64,000 nucleotides of DNA from an uncultured Actinomycetota bacterium (GTDB lineage: Bacteria; Actinomycetota; Actinomycetes; Mycobacteriales; CADCTP01). Each line of letters opens with the position of its first letter. The first letter of the stretch is position 1. A program made the translations under genes and the position numbers. This document shows positions 12,742 to 26,027 of the stretch, piece by piece. A model generated the notes under the pieces. The model searched no databases and was not told the origin of the DNA. It worked only from the letters and a program-made list of their open reading frames with translations. The DNA lies in NCBI GenBank assembly GCA_963770145.1, contig CAVYOJ010000015.1:209636-273635 (forward strand), in the 5' to 3' direction.

Positions 12742-13683
12742 TCATGTCGGGTCCGAACCACGCACGGTCGGCACCCAGAACAGCGCGGCGCCGGCCAGCA
12801 CGGTGGCGAGCAGGAAGCTGACCTTGCCGCCGTCGTCCACGTACGCCCAGAGCAGGCCGAGGATCGGCGCCGCGGCCAGCAACCCGGCGTCGGCGCGGAA
12901 CTGCCTGGTCAGCGGGATGTCGGTGCCGACGACGCGGTCGGTGCGCTCCGGGTCGACGCCCTCGCGGTCGACGTCGCCGCGCGGCGGCCGCGACCGGCGC
13001 CGGCCGGCCTGCCAGACGTGCGTGCCGTCGATGTCGAACGTGACGACCCGATCGCGCGCCGGCCGGCCGTGCACCAGCGCCTTCTCGCCGGGCCCGAGGG
13101 TGTCCAGCACCGGGTCCCAGTGCACCGAGACCCACCAGGTCTGGCCGGCGTCCTCGACCAGCAGCCAGGCCCGGCGGGTGATCCCGAACCGGGACCGCGC
13201 GTACGAGACCGGCATCGACGTCGCCGGTCGCCGCTCGGCGCTGCGGCGCCTGGCCACATGGACGGCGCTGAGCGCCAGCACGCCCAGGATGAGCAGCGCG
13301 GACAGCACGATCCCGAAGGTCAGGTCGGTCAGCCTCGTGGTCGCGTCGTCGCCGGTGACGAAGACCTTGGTGGGGTCGTCGGGCTGGTAGCGCACGACCA
13401 CCTGGGATCCCGGCGCAATGTTGGACGGGCGCGCGCTGTGCACGGTGGACGTGTGCTGCGTGCCACCGGAGTCGGTCCAGGTCAGCTCGATCCCGCGGCG
13501 ATCGTCACCGAGGCCGCTGCGCTTCACGGTCGCGGTCGCCTGCGCGGTGGCGGCGCGCACCGGCGCCGACTCGTCCGCGAGGCGGATCGCCAGCAGGATG
13601 ATCACGATGGGCCCCACCACCAGCAACGGGATGAGGCCGAAGACCACGTGCCGGACGGGCCGCCGGCGCCAGAGGGCAGTCAC
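12742..13683 (-). CDS. Membrane protein with DUF3592-like domain
   Basis: TM helix, then GSQVVVRYQPDDPTKV, then further TM helices; CATAGT -10-like hexamer 7 nt before GTG. Confidence 0.7.
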   Translation of the reverse strand: MTALWRRRPVRHVVFGLIPLLVVGPIVIILLAIRLADESAPVRAATAQATATVKRSGLGDDRRGIELTWTDSGGTQHTSTVHSARPSNIAPGSQVVVRYQPDDPTKVFVTGDDATTRLTDLTFGIVLSALLILGVLALSAVHVARRRSAERRPATSMPVSYARSRFGITRRAWLLVEDAGQTWWVSVHWDPVLDTLGPGEKALVHGRPARDRVVTFDIDGTHVWQAGRRRSRPPRGDVDREGVDPERTDRVVGTDIPLTRQFRADAGLLAAAPILGLLWAYVDDGGKVSFLLATVLAGAALFWVPTVRGSDPT

Positions 13684-13791
13684 GGGCCGGACTATGCAGC
13701 GCCGGACAGGCCGCCGCAAACGGCTGTCCACAAGCGGCGCGTTCATCCACAGATTGGCCGCGTCCCTGGATCGGGGGTTGACACTGACTAG

Positions 13792-15119
<1,328 letters not shown>

Positions 15120-15120
<1 letters not shown>

Positions 15121-15684
15121 TGTCTCGTCGAGCGGCCGGCCGGTCCGGTGGACCGGCGCGCAGTGGTCCCGGCGCCAGCCGCGGCCGCTCGGCCCCGGCC
15201 GGCCGGCGCGGCTCGACGCGCCCGGCCCGGCGCCGGACGCCAGTGTCCACTTCGGACAGCGGTGCGGGTTCGACCGGATCGGCGCAGCCGAGGCGGGCGC
15301 CCGGCGGGTTGACCGGGCGGGCGGCGGTGCTCGGGTTGGTGGTGTGCGCGCTGGTGCTGAGCCTGGCCTACCCGGCGAAGGAGTTCCTCGCCCAGCGCGG
15401 GGAGATCGGCCGGCTGCGGGCCGAGCAGGCGCAGGCGCAGGCTCGGGTGTCCGGCGCTGGAGCAGCGGAAGCGGCAGCTCGGCGATCCGGCGTACGTGCG
15501 GGCGCAGGCGCGGGCCCGGCTGCACTACGTGCTGCCCGGCGAGACCGTCTACGTCGTCGTCCCGCGGTCCGGCGGTGGCAGTGAGAGCAGCGCCGAGCCC
15601 GACCTGCCGACGGTCAGCCAGGGCGGGTCCTGGTACGGCCGGCTCTGGGAGACCGTCCGCTCCGCCGACGGCTCCGGACCGTGA
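15120..15684 (+). CDS. ftsB: Septum formation initiator FtsB/DivIC (frameshift near 15450)
   Basis: TM RAAVLGLVVCALVLSLAYP, coiled coil, DPAYVRAQARARLHYVLPGE; directly follows eno. Confidence 0.85.
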
Positions 15685-16462
15685 CCGGCGGCCGGGCGGA
15701 ACCGGACGGCCGATCCGTCCGACGTCGGGTCCGCGGAGCCCGGGCCGAGCCCCGGCCGACGGGATCGAGTCGTCGGACTCTGACGTCGCTCTGGTCGCGT
15801 GTCCCGCCGACGGCGCCGACCGGGGCGGGACACCCGGCGACGCCGGCCGAGGCGCTGAAGCCAGTGGTGTGGGCCGGGACGCGGGCGCCGGAGTCGGCAG
15901 TCGGCACGCGAGGCCGGCGCGATCGGAGATTCGGGCGACGCGGGGGAGAGGCTCGGCCGAGCGAGGGGTCGCGGCGCGGGATCGGGTTGCGGTCGCGGCG
16001 CAGTTGGGGCGGGTGCCGCGGGCGATGCGGGCGGTCGCGCACCGGTGCCCGTGTGGTCTGCCCGACGTGGTGGAGACCTCGCCGCGGCTGGCGGAAGGGA
16101 CGCCGTTCCCGACGCTCTACTACCTGACCTGCCCGCGGGCGAGCTCGGCGGTCGGGCGGCTGGAGGCGTCCGGGGTCATGCGGGAGATGGCCGACCGGCT
16201 GCGCTCTGATCCTCAGCTGGCGGCGGCCTACCGCGCCGCGCACGAGGCTTACCTGGCCCGCCGGGTCGAGCTGGGTGACGTGCCGGAGATCGACGGGGTC
16301 AGCGCCGGCGGGATGCCGACCCGGGTCAAGTGCCTGCACGCGCTGCTCGCCCACTCCCTCGCGGCCGGGCCGGGCGTGAACCCGCTCGGCGACGAGGTCC
16401 GCGCGGCGGTCGGGGAGTGGTGGGCGGCTGGGCCCTGCGTGTCGGTCGAGGAGCCGGAATGA
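15681..16462 (+). CDS. DUF501 family protein (conserved part from about 15980; start uncertain, possible frameshift)
   Basis: QLGRVPRAM..RCPCGLPDVV..GTPFPTLYYLTCP..SAGGMPTRVKCLH; conserved eno-divIC-DUF501-ppx order. Confidence 0.85.
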
Positions 16463-17385
16463 TCCGGCTCGCCGCGATCGACTGCGGCACCAACTCCATC
16501 CGGTTGCTCGTCGCCGACCACGACGCCGCCGCGGGGACGCTGACCGACCGGCTGCGGCGGACCGAGCTGGTCCGGCTCGGTCAGGACGTCGACCGCACCG
16601 GCCGGCTCGCACCGGAAGCGATCGAGCGCACCAGGGTCGCGCTCGCGTCGTACGCGGCCGACTGCAAGCAGGAGCAGGTCGAGAAGGTACGGATGGTCGC
16701 GACCAGCGCCACCCGGGACGCCGCCAACCGGGACGACTTCCGCGCGATGGTGCTGCGGACGCTCGAGGTGGAGCCGGAGGTCATCTCCGGGCGGGAGGAG
16801 GCCGAGCTGTCCTTCGTCGGTGCGGTCCGAGAGCTGACCGACGCCGCGACACCGCGACTCGTCGCCGACGTCGGCGGTGGCTCCACCGAACTGGTGCTCG
16901 GCGACGGCACCGTCGACGCCGCCTGCAGCATGGACATCGGGTCGGTACGGCTGACCGAGCGGCACCTGCACGACGACCCGCCCACCGCTGGCCAGATCGC
17001 GGCCGCCGAACGGGACCTGGACGACGCGCTCACCGCCGCCCGGCGGGACGTGCCGATCGAGCGGGCCCGTACGTTCGTCGGCGTCTCCGGCACGGTGACC
17101 ACCGTGTCGGCACTGGCTCAGGGACTGGACCGGTACGACCCGGCTCGTACCCACCACAGCCACATCTCGGCTGCCGCCGTGCGCAAGACCGCCGACTGGC
17201 TGCTGCGCAGCACCCGCGCCGAGCGGGCGGCGAAGGCGGTGATCCAGCCCGGCCGGGTCGACGTGATCGGCGCCGGCGCGCTCATCCTCCGGGTGCTCAT
17301 CGAACAGGTCGGCACCAGCGAGGTCGTCGTCAGCGAGAAGGACATCCTCGACGGCATCGCCTGGTCGATCGTCGAGGCGGGGTGA
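16459..17385 (+). CDS. ppx: Ppx/GppA family exopolyphosphatase
   Basis: AAIDCGTNSIRLL, ATSATRDA, DVGGGSTE, GRVDVIGAGA, SEKDILDG. Confidence 0.95.
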   Translation: MIRLAAIDCGTNSIRLLVADHDAAAGTLTDRLRRTELVRLGQDVDRTGRLAPEAIERTRVALASYAADCKQEQVEKVRMVATSATRDAANRDDFRAMVLRTLEVEPEVISGREEAELSFVGAVRELTDAATPRLVADVGGGSTELVLGDGTVDAACSMDIGSVRLTERHLHDDPPTAGQIAAAERDLDDALTAARRDVPIERARTFVGVSGTVTTVSALAQGLDRYDPARTHHSHISAAAVRKTADWLLRSTRAERAAKAVIQPGRVDVIGAGALILRVLIEQVGTSEVVVSEKDILDGIAWSIVEAG

Positions 17386-17554
17386 GGATCGCGGGTCGCG
17401 GTCCGGCGGCTGGACGCCGCACGGCACCGCACGGCACCGCACGGCACGCTCGACGCTGCATCGTGCTGACGCGCGGCTGAGGATCGCGGTCTGGGCCTGG
17501 GAGGGCGGATGGGTCCGCGCCGGCATCGCCTGGTCGATCCTCGAGGCGAGGTGA
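17352..17554. repeat. 34-bp direct repeat duplicating the ppx 3' end, enclosing a 10-bp tandem repeat
   Basis: 17352-17385 vs 17521-17554 match 32/34; about 3 copies of GCACGGCACC at 17419-17448. Confidence 0.85.
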
Positions 17555-17598
17555 AGGCCCGGATCCGCCACCGAGTTGCAGGACTGGGTCCGCGGTCG

Positions 17599-17895
17599 TC
17601 AGGGGCTTGAGGCGTCCTCGACGTCCGGCGGCAGCTTGCCGGTGAACGACTTCCAGGTCGCCGCGGCGCCCCGGGCCGCCACCAGCCGGGCCGCCGCCAC
17701 GGCGATACCGGACACCGCGGCCCAGACCAGCGCTTCCGACCACCCCGTCCCCGGCGCCGCCGGGTTCTTCGGCGGGTCGTCGTGCTTCGTCTTGCGCCAG
17801 CCGGTCTCGATCGCCTTGCGGACCGCGATGCCCGTCGGCACCGCGAACGCCGCAGCGACGATCTTCCAGCCGATCCTGCCCGCCGTTCCTGCCAC
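17599..17895 (-). CDS. DUF4235 family small membrane protein
   Basis: GWRKTKHDDPPKNP..WSEALVWAAVSG..ARGAAATWKSFTGKLPP; GGAGGAGG RBS before GTG. Confidence 0.8.
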   Translation of the reverse strand: MAGTAGRIGWKIVAAAFAVPTGIAVRKAIETGWRKTKHDDPPKNPAAPGTGWSEALVWAAVSGIAVAAARLVAARGAAATWKSFTGKLPPDVEDASSP

Positions 17896-18043
17896 TGGTC
17901 GTCCTCCTCCAACGCGGTGTGCTCGGCGAGTACCCGGCGCGACCATGAGTAACACCTTCGGTGATCGTCGATCAGTTCGAGGAGGGAGGCAAGCGGCGAC
18001 AATTCGGTGGCGGGTCGCGCCGGACGAGCGCGACGGTGACCGC

Positions 18044-18596
18044 ATGGCGACACGGTTCGCGGACATGTTCGTCGACCTCGACCAGGACACCCGGGTGGAT
18101 CCGGCCGGCAGACGGCGACGAGGCGAGCACCTTGCAGGGTTTCCTGCGCTGGCAGCGCGAGACGCTGGAGCTCAAGTGCGCCGGCCTTGATCCGGAGCAG
18201 CTGGCCCGGCGGGCCGTGCCTCCGTCCACCCTGTCGCTGCTCGGGCTGGTCCGCCACCTCGCCGACGTCGAGCGGGGTTGGTTCCGCCGCGGCCTGGCCG
18301 GCGAGGACGCGCCGCCGCTGTTCGCGACCAGAGCGGACCCGGACGGCGACTTCAACGGCGCGGTGGCCGATCCGGAGGTCGTCGCGCAGGCGTGGGCGGC
18401 CTGGCGGGGCGAGGTCGAGTACGCGGACCGGTTCGTCGCCGCGACGCCCGACCTGCTGTCGGTCAGCGTGGCCGACCCGGACCGCGGGCCGCTCTCGCTG
18501 CGTTGGGTGCTCGTCCACATGATCGAGGAGTACGCCCGGCACGTCGGGCACGCCGACCTGCTGCGCCAGCTGATCGACGGCCGCGTCGGTCAGTGA
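18044..18596 (+). CDS. DinB-like (DUF664/mini-circle) protein, frameshift near 18105
   Basis: STLSLLGLVRHLADVERGWF and HMIEEYARHVGHADLLR motifs. Confidence 0.85.
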
Positions 18597-18728
18597 CCGG
18601 AGACCACGTCCGTGGTCGACGCGACAGGCTCCGGTCGCTGGGTCAGCGCCGCCGCGCCGACCACGGCGCGCGGGCCGGCCAGCAGCCCACGTTGCCGGTC
18701 GACCACGACCGCGCCTGCACCGGCTCGC

Positions 18729-19481
18729 TCACCGGCCGGCAACCAGGATCGCCACCCGGACGTCCTCCTCGAACGGTCCAGGTCCGAGCGCGTCCCGCAG
18801 GCCGGCCTCGAACGCCGGGTCGGTGGGCAGTGAACCGGGCGAGAGGGCGGAGTGCACGTTGCCCACTATGCCGGCGAACGTGTGGGTCTCCCGGTAGTCG
18901 AAGGCGACCTCGGTCGCGGTGCGGAAGCCGACGGCCGCCAGCTCGGCCTGGTAGCGGCCGCGGCTCTCGGTGTCCGTGCCGCACGCCGACCGGGGCGCGG
19001 TGCCGAACCAGCTCCCGAGGTACGCGTTGAGCGCTCGAGACCACGGCAGATCGCGGAGCCAGAGCGGGCTCCCGTTCGCGACGATCGCGATCCGGGCACG
19101 ACGGGCCATCCGGGTCGCGAGGGACTCGAACAGGGGCGGGCGGTCGAGGAGGTGGATCGCCTGCGCGATCGTCACCGCGTCCAGGCCGGCCAGCAGCGGG
19201 AGCCTGGTCACGTCGCGGTCGTCGGCCAGCAGCCAGGCCACTGGTGCGCCGCCGGAGCGGGAACGGGCCAGCGCCAGCATGTCCGGGGAGGGGTCGGCGC
19301 CGATCACCCGGTCGTACCGGGCGGCGAGCGGCACGGTCAGCTGCCCGGTGCCGCAGCCGAGGTCGAGCACGGACGCGTCCTGGGGCAGGCCGAGCGCGTC
19401 GACGAGCAGGTCGACGACGGGTGGCGGGTAGCCGCGCCGGTGCTCGGCGTACGCGGTGGCGACGGCGCCGGAGAACTCCAT
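18729..19481 (-). CDS. Class I SAM-dependent methyltransferase
   Basis: AYAEHRRGYP, VLDLGCGTGQL, DAVTIAQAIH. Confidence 0.88.
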   Translation of the reverse strand: MEFSGAVATAYAEHRRGYPPPVVDLLVDALGLPQDASVLDLGCGTGQLTVPLAARYDRVIGADPSPDMLALARSRSGGAPVAWLLADDRDVTRLPLLAGLDAVTIAQAIHLLDRPPLFESLATRMARRARIAIVANGSPLWLRDLPWSRALNAYLGSWFGTAPRSACGTDTESRGRYQAELAAVGFRTATEVAFDYRETHTFAGIVGNVHSALSPGSLPTDPAFEAGLRDALGPGPFEEDVRVAILVAGR

Positions 19482-19562
19482 GCCCGGCAGGCTGCCAGCG
19501 GGCGGCGCGAGCACCGACGGGTTCCGCTCAGGGCGCAGGGAGGCCCGGCGTACGGTGCCGCC

Positions 19563-20627
19563 ATGGTGATCCGCCGCGCGTCCGAGCCCCTCGCCGCAGC
19601 CGGGCCGACGGACGGCGCGGCGCCGGGGACACCGGGCGGGGATCGGCCTGGTCGGTCGAGGGCATCGGCCGTCGCGGCGGTCGGGACGGACCTGCCTGGT
19701 CGGCCGGACGCGTCGGCCTCCGCGGCCCGCGGTCGTCGGGACACCGCGGCGGCGGTCGGGGGACGCGGCGGCGGGCCGGTGGCCGCCGCCGGGCAGGTGG
19801 GCGGGGGCGGAGGTCAGCGGCGGCCGAGTGTGGTGCCGGGCTCGGGGTGGCCGGGGGATCCGGCCGACGCGGGGACGCCGGTGGCGACCGACCCGACGGC
19901 GGTACGGGAGCTGGCGCGGGTGTCCACCATGGACGAGCTGGACGCGCGGGTGTCCGTCTGCCGGGCCTGCCCGCGGCTGGTCGCCTGGCGGGAGGAGGTC
20001 GCGCTCACCCGCCGGGCCGCCTTCGCCGCCGAGCCCTACTGGGGGCGCCCGGCGCCCGGTTTCGGTCCGGCCGACGCACGGATCGCGGTCGTCGGGCTGG
20101 CGCCGGCCGCGCACGGCGCCAACCGCACCGGACGCGTGTTCACCGGTGACCGCAGCGGCGACTGGCTCTACGCGGCGATGTTCCGGGCCGGCCTCGCCAA
20201 CCAGCCGACCTCGGTGCACGCCGGCGACGGACTTGAGCTGCACGGCGTGCGGGTGGTCGCCTCGGTCCGCTGTGCCCCACCGGCCAACAAGCCGACGCCA
20301 GTGGAGCGGGACACCTGTCGGCCCTGGCTGGTCCGCGAGCTGCAGCTGCTCCGGCCCACGCTGCGGGTGATCGTCGTGCTGGGCGCGTTCGGCTGGCAGG
20401 CGCTCTGGCCGGCGCTGGAGGAGGCCGGCCTGGCAACCGTGCCGAGGCCGAGGCCGGCGTTCGGGCACGGCGCCGAGGTGCGGGTCAACAGCCTGACCGT
20501 GCTCGGCTGCTACCACGTGTCCCAGCAGAACACCTTCACCGGCACGCTGACCGAGGCCATGCTCGACGCCGTCCTGGACAGGGCCCGGGTCGTGGCGGAA
20601 TCAGGTTCGACCGCTGTGGGACGCTGA
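19563..20627 (+). CDS. udgB: Uracil-DNA glycosylase family 5 (UdgB) with low-complexity N-terminal extension
   Basis: CRACPRLVAWRE, GLAPAAHGANRTGRVFTGDRSG, RCAPPANKP, YHVSQQN; TACGGT 6 nt before ATG. Confidence 0.9.
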   Translation: MVIRRASEPLAAAGPTDGAAPGTPGGDRPGRSRASAVAAVGTDLPGRPDASASAARGRRDTAAAVGGRGGGPVAAAGQVGGGGGQRRPSVVPGSGWPGDPADAGTPVATDPTAVRELARVSTMDELDARVSVCRACPRLVAWREEVALTRRAAFAAEPYWGRPAPGFGPADARIAVVGLAPAAHGANRTGRVFTGDRSGDWLYAAMFRAGLANQPTSVHAGDGLELHGVRVVASVRCAPPANKPTPVERDTCRPWLVRELQLLRPTLRVIVVLGAFGWQALWPALEEAGLATVPRPRPAFGHGAEVRVNSLTVLGCYHVSQQNTFTGTLTEAMLDAVLDRARVVAESGSTAVGR

Positions 20628-20631
20628 GCCC

Positions 20632-21373
20632 GTGCGGGGATCGCAATCCACGGCGCGATTGGTCACCGTCGCGCTCGTGGTGCTGGGCACGCTCGCGCTG
20701 GTCGGGTTGGCCGCGCGCAGCGACCGCACGCCGACGCTGCTCACCCCGGCCGACCGTCACGGCTGCACCGCCGGTGATCCTGCCTGGCACGGCCACACCG
20801 GTGCCGGACGCCGGACAGCCGAGTCCAGGCACACCCAGCGCGCCGAACCACCTCTCGACCTGGGCCGTGTGGGCGGTCGCCACGCTGTTCCTGGCCCCGA
20901 TCGTGCTCGCGCTGCTCTACGGCCCGGCGATGCTGTGGACTCCCGGCAACCTCCTTCCCTCGCTGCGCCGCCGGCGCCGCTCCGACCCCGCCCCGCCGGA
21001 GGTCGAGGACGAGGTCGAGCCGGCCAAGCTGGCCGCTGCGGTCGAGGAGGGGTTGCGCGAGCTCGACCAGGGCGGCCCGAGCGAGGGCGTGGTGGCCAGC
21101 TGGGTGCAGCTGGAGCGGGCCGCGGCCGACGCCGGCACCCACCGCGCCGCCCCCGACACGCCGTCTGAGCTGGCCGGGCGGCTCATCGACCGGCACGGCG
21201 TGTCCTCCGGGCCGCTGTTGCGGCTGGCCGACCTCTACCGGGAGGCCCGCTTCTCCCGGCACGAGGTGCCGGAGTCGGCGCGCACCGAGGCCCGCGCCGC
21301 GTTGGAGCACCTTCGCGCCGAGCTGGAGGCCAACCCGGTCGGGCGCGGTGGCGTGGTGAGGGTCCGCCGGTGA
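20632..21373 (+). CDS. DUF4129 domain membrane protein (frameshift near 20750)
   Basis: VVASWVQLERAA..TPSEL..LADLYREARFS; first gene of the MoxR cluster. Confidence 0.8.
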
Positions 21374-21764
21374 GGCTCAAGGAACCGGTGCTCGTTCTCG
21401 CCGCGGCGGCCGCCGTGGGCGCGGCGCTCGCGCTCGTCGCGTACACGCTCGGCTACAAGGCCAGGCTGGACCTCTGCGTCGTCGTCGGCGTCGCGGCCGG
21501 GCTGACCTGGCGGTTGTCCCGCCTGGTCGTGCCGCCCCAGGAGCTGCCGCTCGAGCTCCCGGCCGGGGAGCCGGACGACGACGGCCGGCTGCTGCTGACG
21601 TCACTGGAGAGCCGGTTGTCCTGGGGCGCGTCGGACCCGAACCGGTTCCGCGAGCGGGTCCGCCCCGAGCTGGTCGGGCTGGCCACCGACCTGCTGCGCA
21701 CCCGGCGCGGAGTGGATCCGCGCGTCCAACCCGACCAAGCCCGCACCATCCTGGGAGCCCCGCT

Positions 21765-22829
<1,065 letters not shown>

Positions 22830-22832
22830 GCG

Positions 22833-24113
22833 TTGGTCACCCCGGAGCCCGCCCCGCCGCGGTGGCGGCCGACCGCGGCGCTGGCCCGAGCGGTCGTGCT
22901 CGGCGGCGTGCTGCTGCTGCTCGCCGTGCTGCTGCGCCGGCCCGACCTGGTCGTGCTGGCCGCGCCGCTGCTGCTCGGCGTCGGGATCGGGCTGGCGGCC
23001 CGGCCGACCGGGGTGCCGGCGCTGACTCTCGCCGGCCCGGTCGACGCGCTGTTGGAGGGCGGCCGCGCCGCCGCGGTCGCCACCGTCGACGTGCCGGCCG
23101 GCGTCGACGTGGCCGCGGTCGGGATCGTCCTGCCGGCAGGACTGGAACCGCTCACCGGCGCGTCGGCGGTCTTCGTCGAGGGCCGGCAAGAGGTGCGGCT
23201 GACGTTCCGGGCCGTCCGCTGGGGCCGCCGCCAGGCCGGCCCGGCGTACCTGCGGGCCACCGGCGGGTACGGGACGCTGAGCTGGCCGGTCGTGCTTACC
23301 AGCACCGTCTCGGTGACGACGTGGCCGCTGCGGGACGGCTTCGACGCAGCGGAGACCGTGCCGCGGGCCGAGGGGCTGGTCGGCGCGCACCGGTCCCGGC
23401 GGGCGGGTGAGGGCGGCGACGTGGCCGGCGTGCGGCCGTTCCAACCCGGCGACCGGCTGCGCCGGATCAACTGGCGGGTCACCGCCCGGACCGGGGACCT
23501 GCACGTCACCGCGACGTACTCGGACCGCGACACCGAGGTGCTGCTGGTGCTCGACAGCGGGCAGGACCTGGGCCGCCGGCCGGAGACGTCGCTGGACACC
23601 GGAGTCCGGGCCGCGGCGGCGGTGGCCGAGCACTACCTGCGGGCCGGTGACCGGGTCGGGTTCGTCGACCTCGGCCGCCCGCAGCGACCGGTGCCGGCTC
23701 GCAACGGCCGCAACCATCTGGTCCGGATGCTCGACGTGCTGCTCGATGCCAAGCCGCAGGGTGGCGGGGCGCTCCCGTCGCTCGCCGAGGTCGCATATCT
23801 GGGCTCGACCGACGCGCTGGTCGTGTTGCTCAGCCCGCTGGCCACCGTGGAGGCGCTGGCCGCGGTGGCCACGCTGTCCCGCTCCGGGCGGTCCGTTGTC
23901 GCCGTCGACACGCTGCCGCCGGACCTGCGTCCGGACGAGCGCAGCCCGTGGACGGCGCTGGCCTTCCGGCTCTGGCTGTTGCGCCGCGACGCCGATCTCG
24001 GCCGGCTCGCCGAGCTGGGCGTGCCCCGGGTGGCCTGGCGCGGCAGCGGCAGCCTGGATGCCGTCCTGCGGGACGCCACGCTCGCCGCCCGGGCCGCGCG
24101 GGCGGCCCGATGA
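22833..24113 (+). CDS. DUF58 domain protein
   Basis: VRPFQPGDRLRRINWRVTAR motif; follows moxR. Confidence 0.9.
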   Translation: MVTPEPAPPRWRPTAALARAVVLGGVLLLLAVLLRRPDLVVLAAPLLLGVGIGLAARPTGVPALTLAGPVDALLEGGRAAAVATVDVPAGVDVAAVGIVLPAGLEPLTGASAVFVEGRQEVRLTFRAVRWGRRQAGPAYLRATGGYGTLSWPVVLTSTVSVTTWPLRDGFDAAETVPRAEGLVGAHRSRRAGEGGDVAGVRPFQPGDRLRRINWRVTARTGDLHVTATYSDRDTEVLLVLDSGQDLGRRPETSLDTGVRAAAAVAEHYLRAGDRVGFVDLGRPQRPVPARNGRNHLVRMLDVLLDAKPQGGGALPSLAEVAYLGSTDALVVLLSPLATVEALAAVATLSRSGRSVVAVDTLPPDLRPDERSPWTALAFRLWLLRRDADLGRLAELGVPRVAWRGSGSLDAVLRDATLAARAARAAR

Positions 24114-24657
24114 TCGTCCCCGACCCGCACGAGGTCCTGCGCTGGTCGCGGACCGCCCAGATGCTGCGCGCGCTGTTGGTCGTGGCCGGTGCCAGTGCGC
24201 TCGTGCTGGCCGCCTGGGGTGGCGGGCTGCCACTGGTGGCCGCGGTGCTCGGTGGGTGCGGGCTCGTCGCCGCCGCGATCAGCCCGGGCGGTCAAGGGCC
24301 CGGCGTCGTCCTGGCCGGAGCCGGGCTGGCCTGGGTGCTGCGCTACGGCGTGGACGCCCCTCCGGTCGCCGAGACCGCCGGCCTCGTGTTCGCCATGGCC
24401 CTGCACCACCAGGCTGCCGCGCTCGCGGCCGCGCTGCCGGTCCGAGCCTCGGTCGAGCGCGCGCTGCTGATCCGCTTCGCCCGGCACGGCGCTCTCGTGC
24501 TCTGCCTGACCGCTGTCGTCGGCGTGCTGGTGCTCGGCCTGGCGCGGCCGGGCGGGTCGGTGCCGCTGGAGCTGCTCGGCCTGGCCGCGCGGTGGTCGCG
24601 GTTCTCGTGCCGGTGCTGCTGAGCCGGGCCGGACCACGGGAGCCCGGCGCCCGGTAG
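24110..24657 (+). CDS. Hypothetical membrane protein (probable frameshift near 24590)
   Basis: Hydrophobic ORF coupled by ATGA overlap to DUF58. Confidence 0.7.
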
Positions 24658-24686
24658 GCCCGCGGCCCGCTGGGTAGGCTCCGCTC

Positions 24687-26027
24687 ATGCCGGACAGGCC
24701 GCACATCCTCATCGTCGGCGGCGGGTACGTCGGGATGTACACCGCGCTGCGGCTGCAGAAGAAGCTGCGCCGGAACGAGGCCAGGATCACGGTCGTCGAC
24801 CCGCAGAACTACATGACGTACCAGCCGTTCCTGCCGGAGACCGCGGCCGGGTCGCTCGAGCCGCGGCACGTGGTGGTCCCGCTGCGCAAGGTGCTCAAGC
24901 GCAGCCGGGTGCTGACCGGTCTGGTCACCAGCATCGATCACGCCAACCGGACCGCGACCGTGCTGCCGGTCGAGGGCCCGGAATACCCGATCAGGTACGA
25001 CGTGATCGTGGTCGCGCCCGGCTCGGTGGTGCGGACGCTGCCGATCCCCGGCCTGGCCGAGCACGGCATCGGCTTCAAGACCGTCGGCGAGGCGATCTAC
25101 CTGCGCAACCACGTGCTGTCCCGGCTCGACTACGCGGCCTCGGTGACCGACGCCGAGCACCGGCGGCGGGCCCTGACGTTCGTATTCATTGGAGGCGGCT
25201 ACGCCGGGATCGAGGCGTTCGCCGAGCTGGAGGACATGGCCCGGTACGCGACGCGCTACTACGACAACGTCAGCCCGGACGACATGCGCTGGGTGCTCAT
25301 CGAGGCCACCGGCCGGATCCTGCCCGAGGTCAGCGTGCAGATGGCCGAATACACGGTGAAGCAGCTGCTCAAGCGCAACATGGACGTCCGGCTCAGCACC
25401 AGGGTCGACTCGCTGACCGGCGGGCACGTCGTGCTCACCGACGGCGAGGAGTTCGACGCCGAGACGATCGTGTGGACCGCCGGGGTCAAGGCCAACCCGA
25501 TGCTCGCCCGGACCGACCTGCCGCTGGACGAGAAGGGCCGGCTGCGCTGCACGCCCGACCTGCGGGTGGCCGGGGTCGAGGACGCCTGGAGCGCGGGTGA
25601 CTGCGCCGCGGTGCCGGACCTCACCGACCCGGGCGCGTTCACCGGCCCGTCGGCCCAGCACGCGGTCCGGCAGACCAAGACGCTCGCGGCCAACATCGTC
25701 GCCTCGATGCGCCGCCGGGAGCTGGCCGACTACCGGCACAAGTACGTCGGCTCGGTCGCCAGCCTCGGCCTCCATCGCGGCGTCGCCGAGGTGTACGGGA
25801 TCAAGCTGCGCGGCTTCCTGGCCTGGTTCATGCACCGGACCTACCACCTGTCCCGGGTGCCGACCGTCAACCGCAAGGTCCGGGTGGTGGCCGACTGGAC
25901 GCTGGCCGCCTTGTTCCCGCGCGAGGTGGTCTCGCTCGGCCAGCTGCAACAGCCGCGGCGCGAGTTCGAGCTGGCCGCCCTGCCCCACCCGGCGCCGCTG
26001 CCCGGCGCCGGTCGCGAGGCCGGCTAA
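24687..26027 (+). CDS. ndh: Type II NADH dehydrogenase-like FAD-dependent oxidoreductase
   Basis: ILIVGGGYVG, TYQPFLPE, FVFIGGGYAGIE, WTAGV, AGDCAAVP; TAGGCT 6 nt before ATG. Confidence 0.9.
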   Translation: MPDRPHILIVGGGYVGMYTALRLQKKLRRNEARITVVDPQNYMTYQPFLPETAAGSLEPRHVVVPLRKVLKRSRVLTGLVTSIDHANRTATVLPVEGPEYPIRYDVIVVAPGSVVRTLPIPGLAEHGIGFKTVGEAIYLRNHVLSRLDYAASVTDAEHRRRALTFVFIGGGYAGIEAFAELEDMARYATRYYDNVSPDDMRWVLIEATGRILPEVSVQMAEYTVKQLLKRNMDVRLSTRVDSLTGGHVVLTDGEEFDAETIVWTAGVKANPMLARTDLPLDEKGRLRCTPDLRVAGVEDAWSAGDCAAVPDLTDPGAFTGPSAQHAVRQTKTLAANIVASMRRRELADYRHKYVGSVASLGLHRGVAEVYGIKLRGFLAWFMHRTYHLSRVPTVNRKVRVVADWTLAALFPREVVSLGQLQQPRREFELAALPHPAPLPGAGREAG

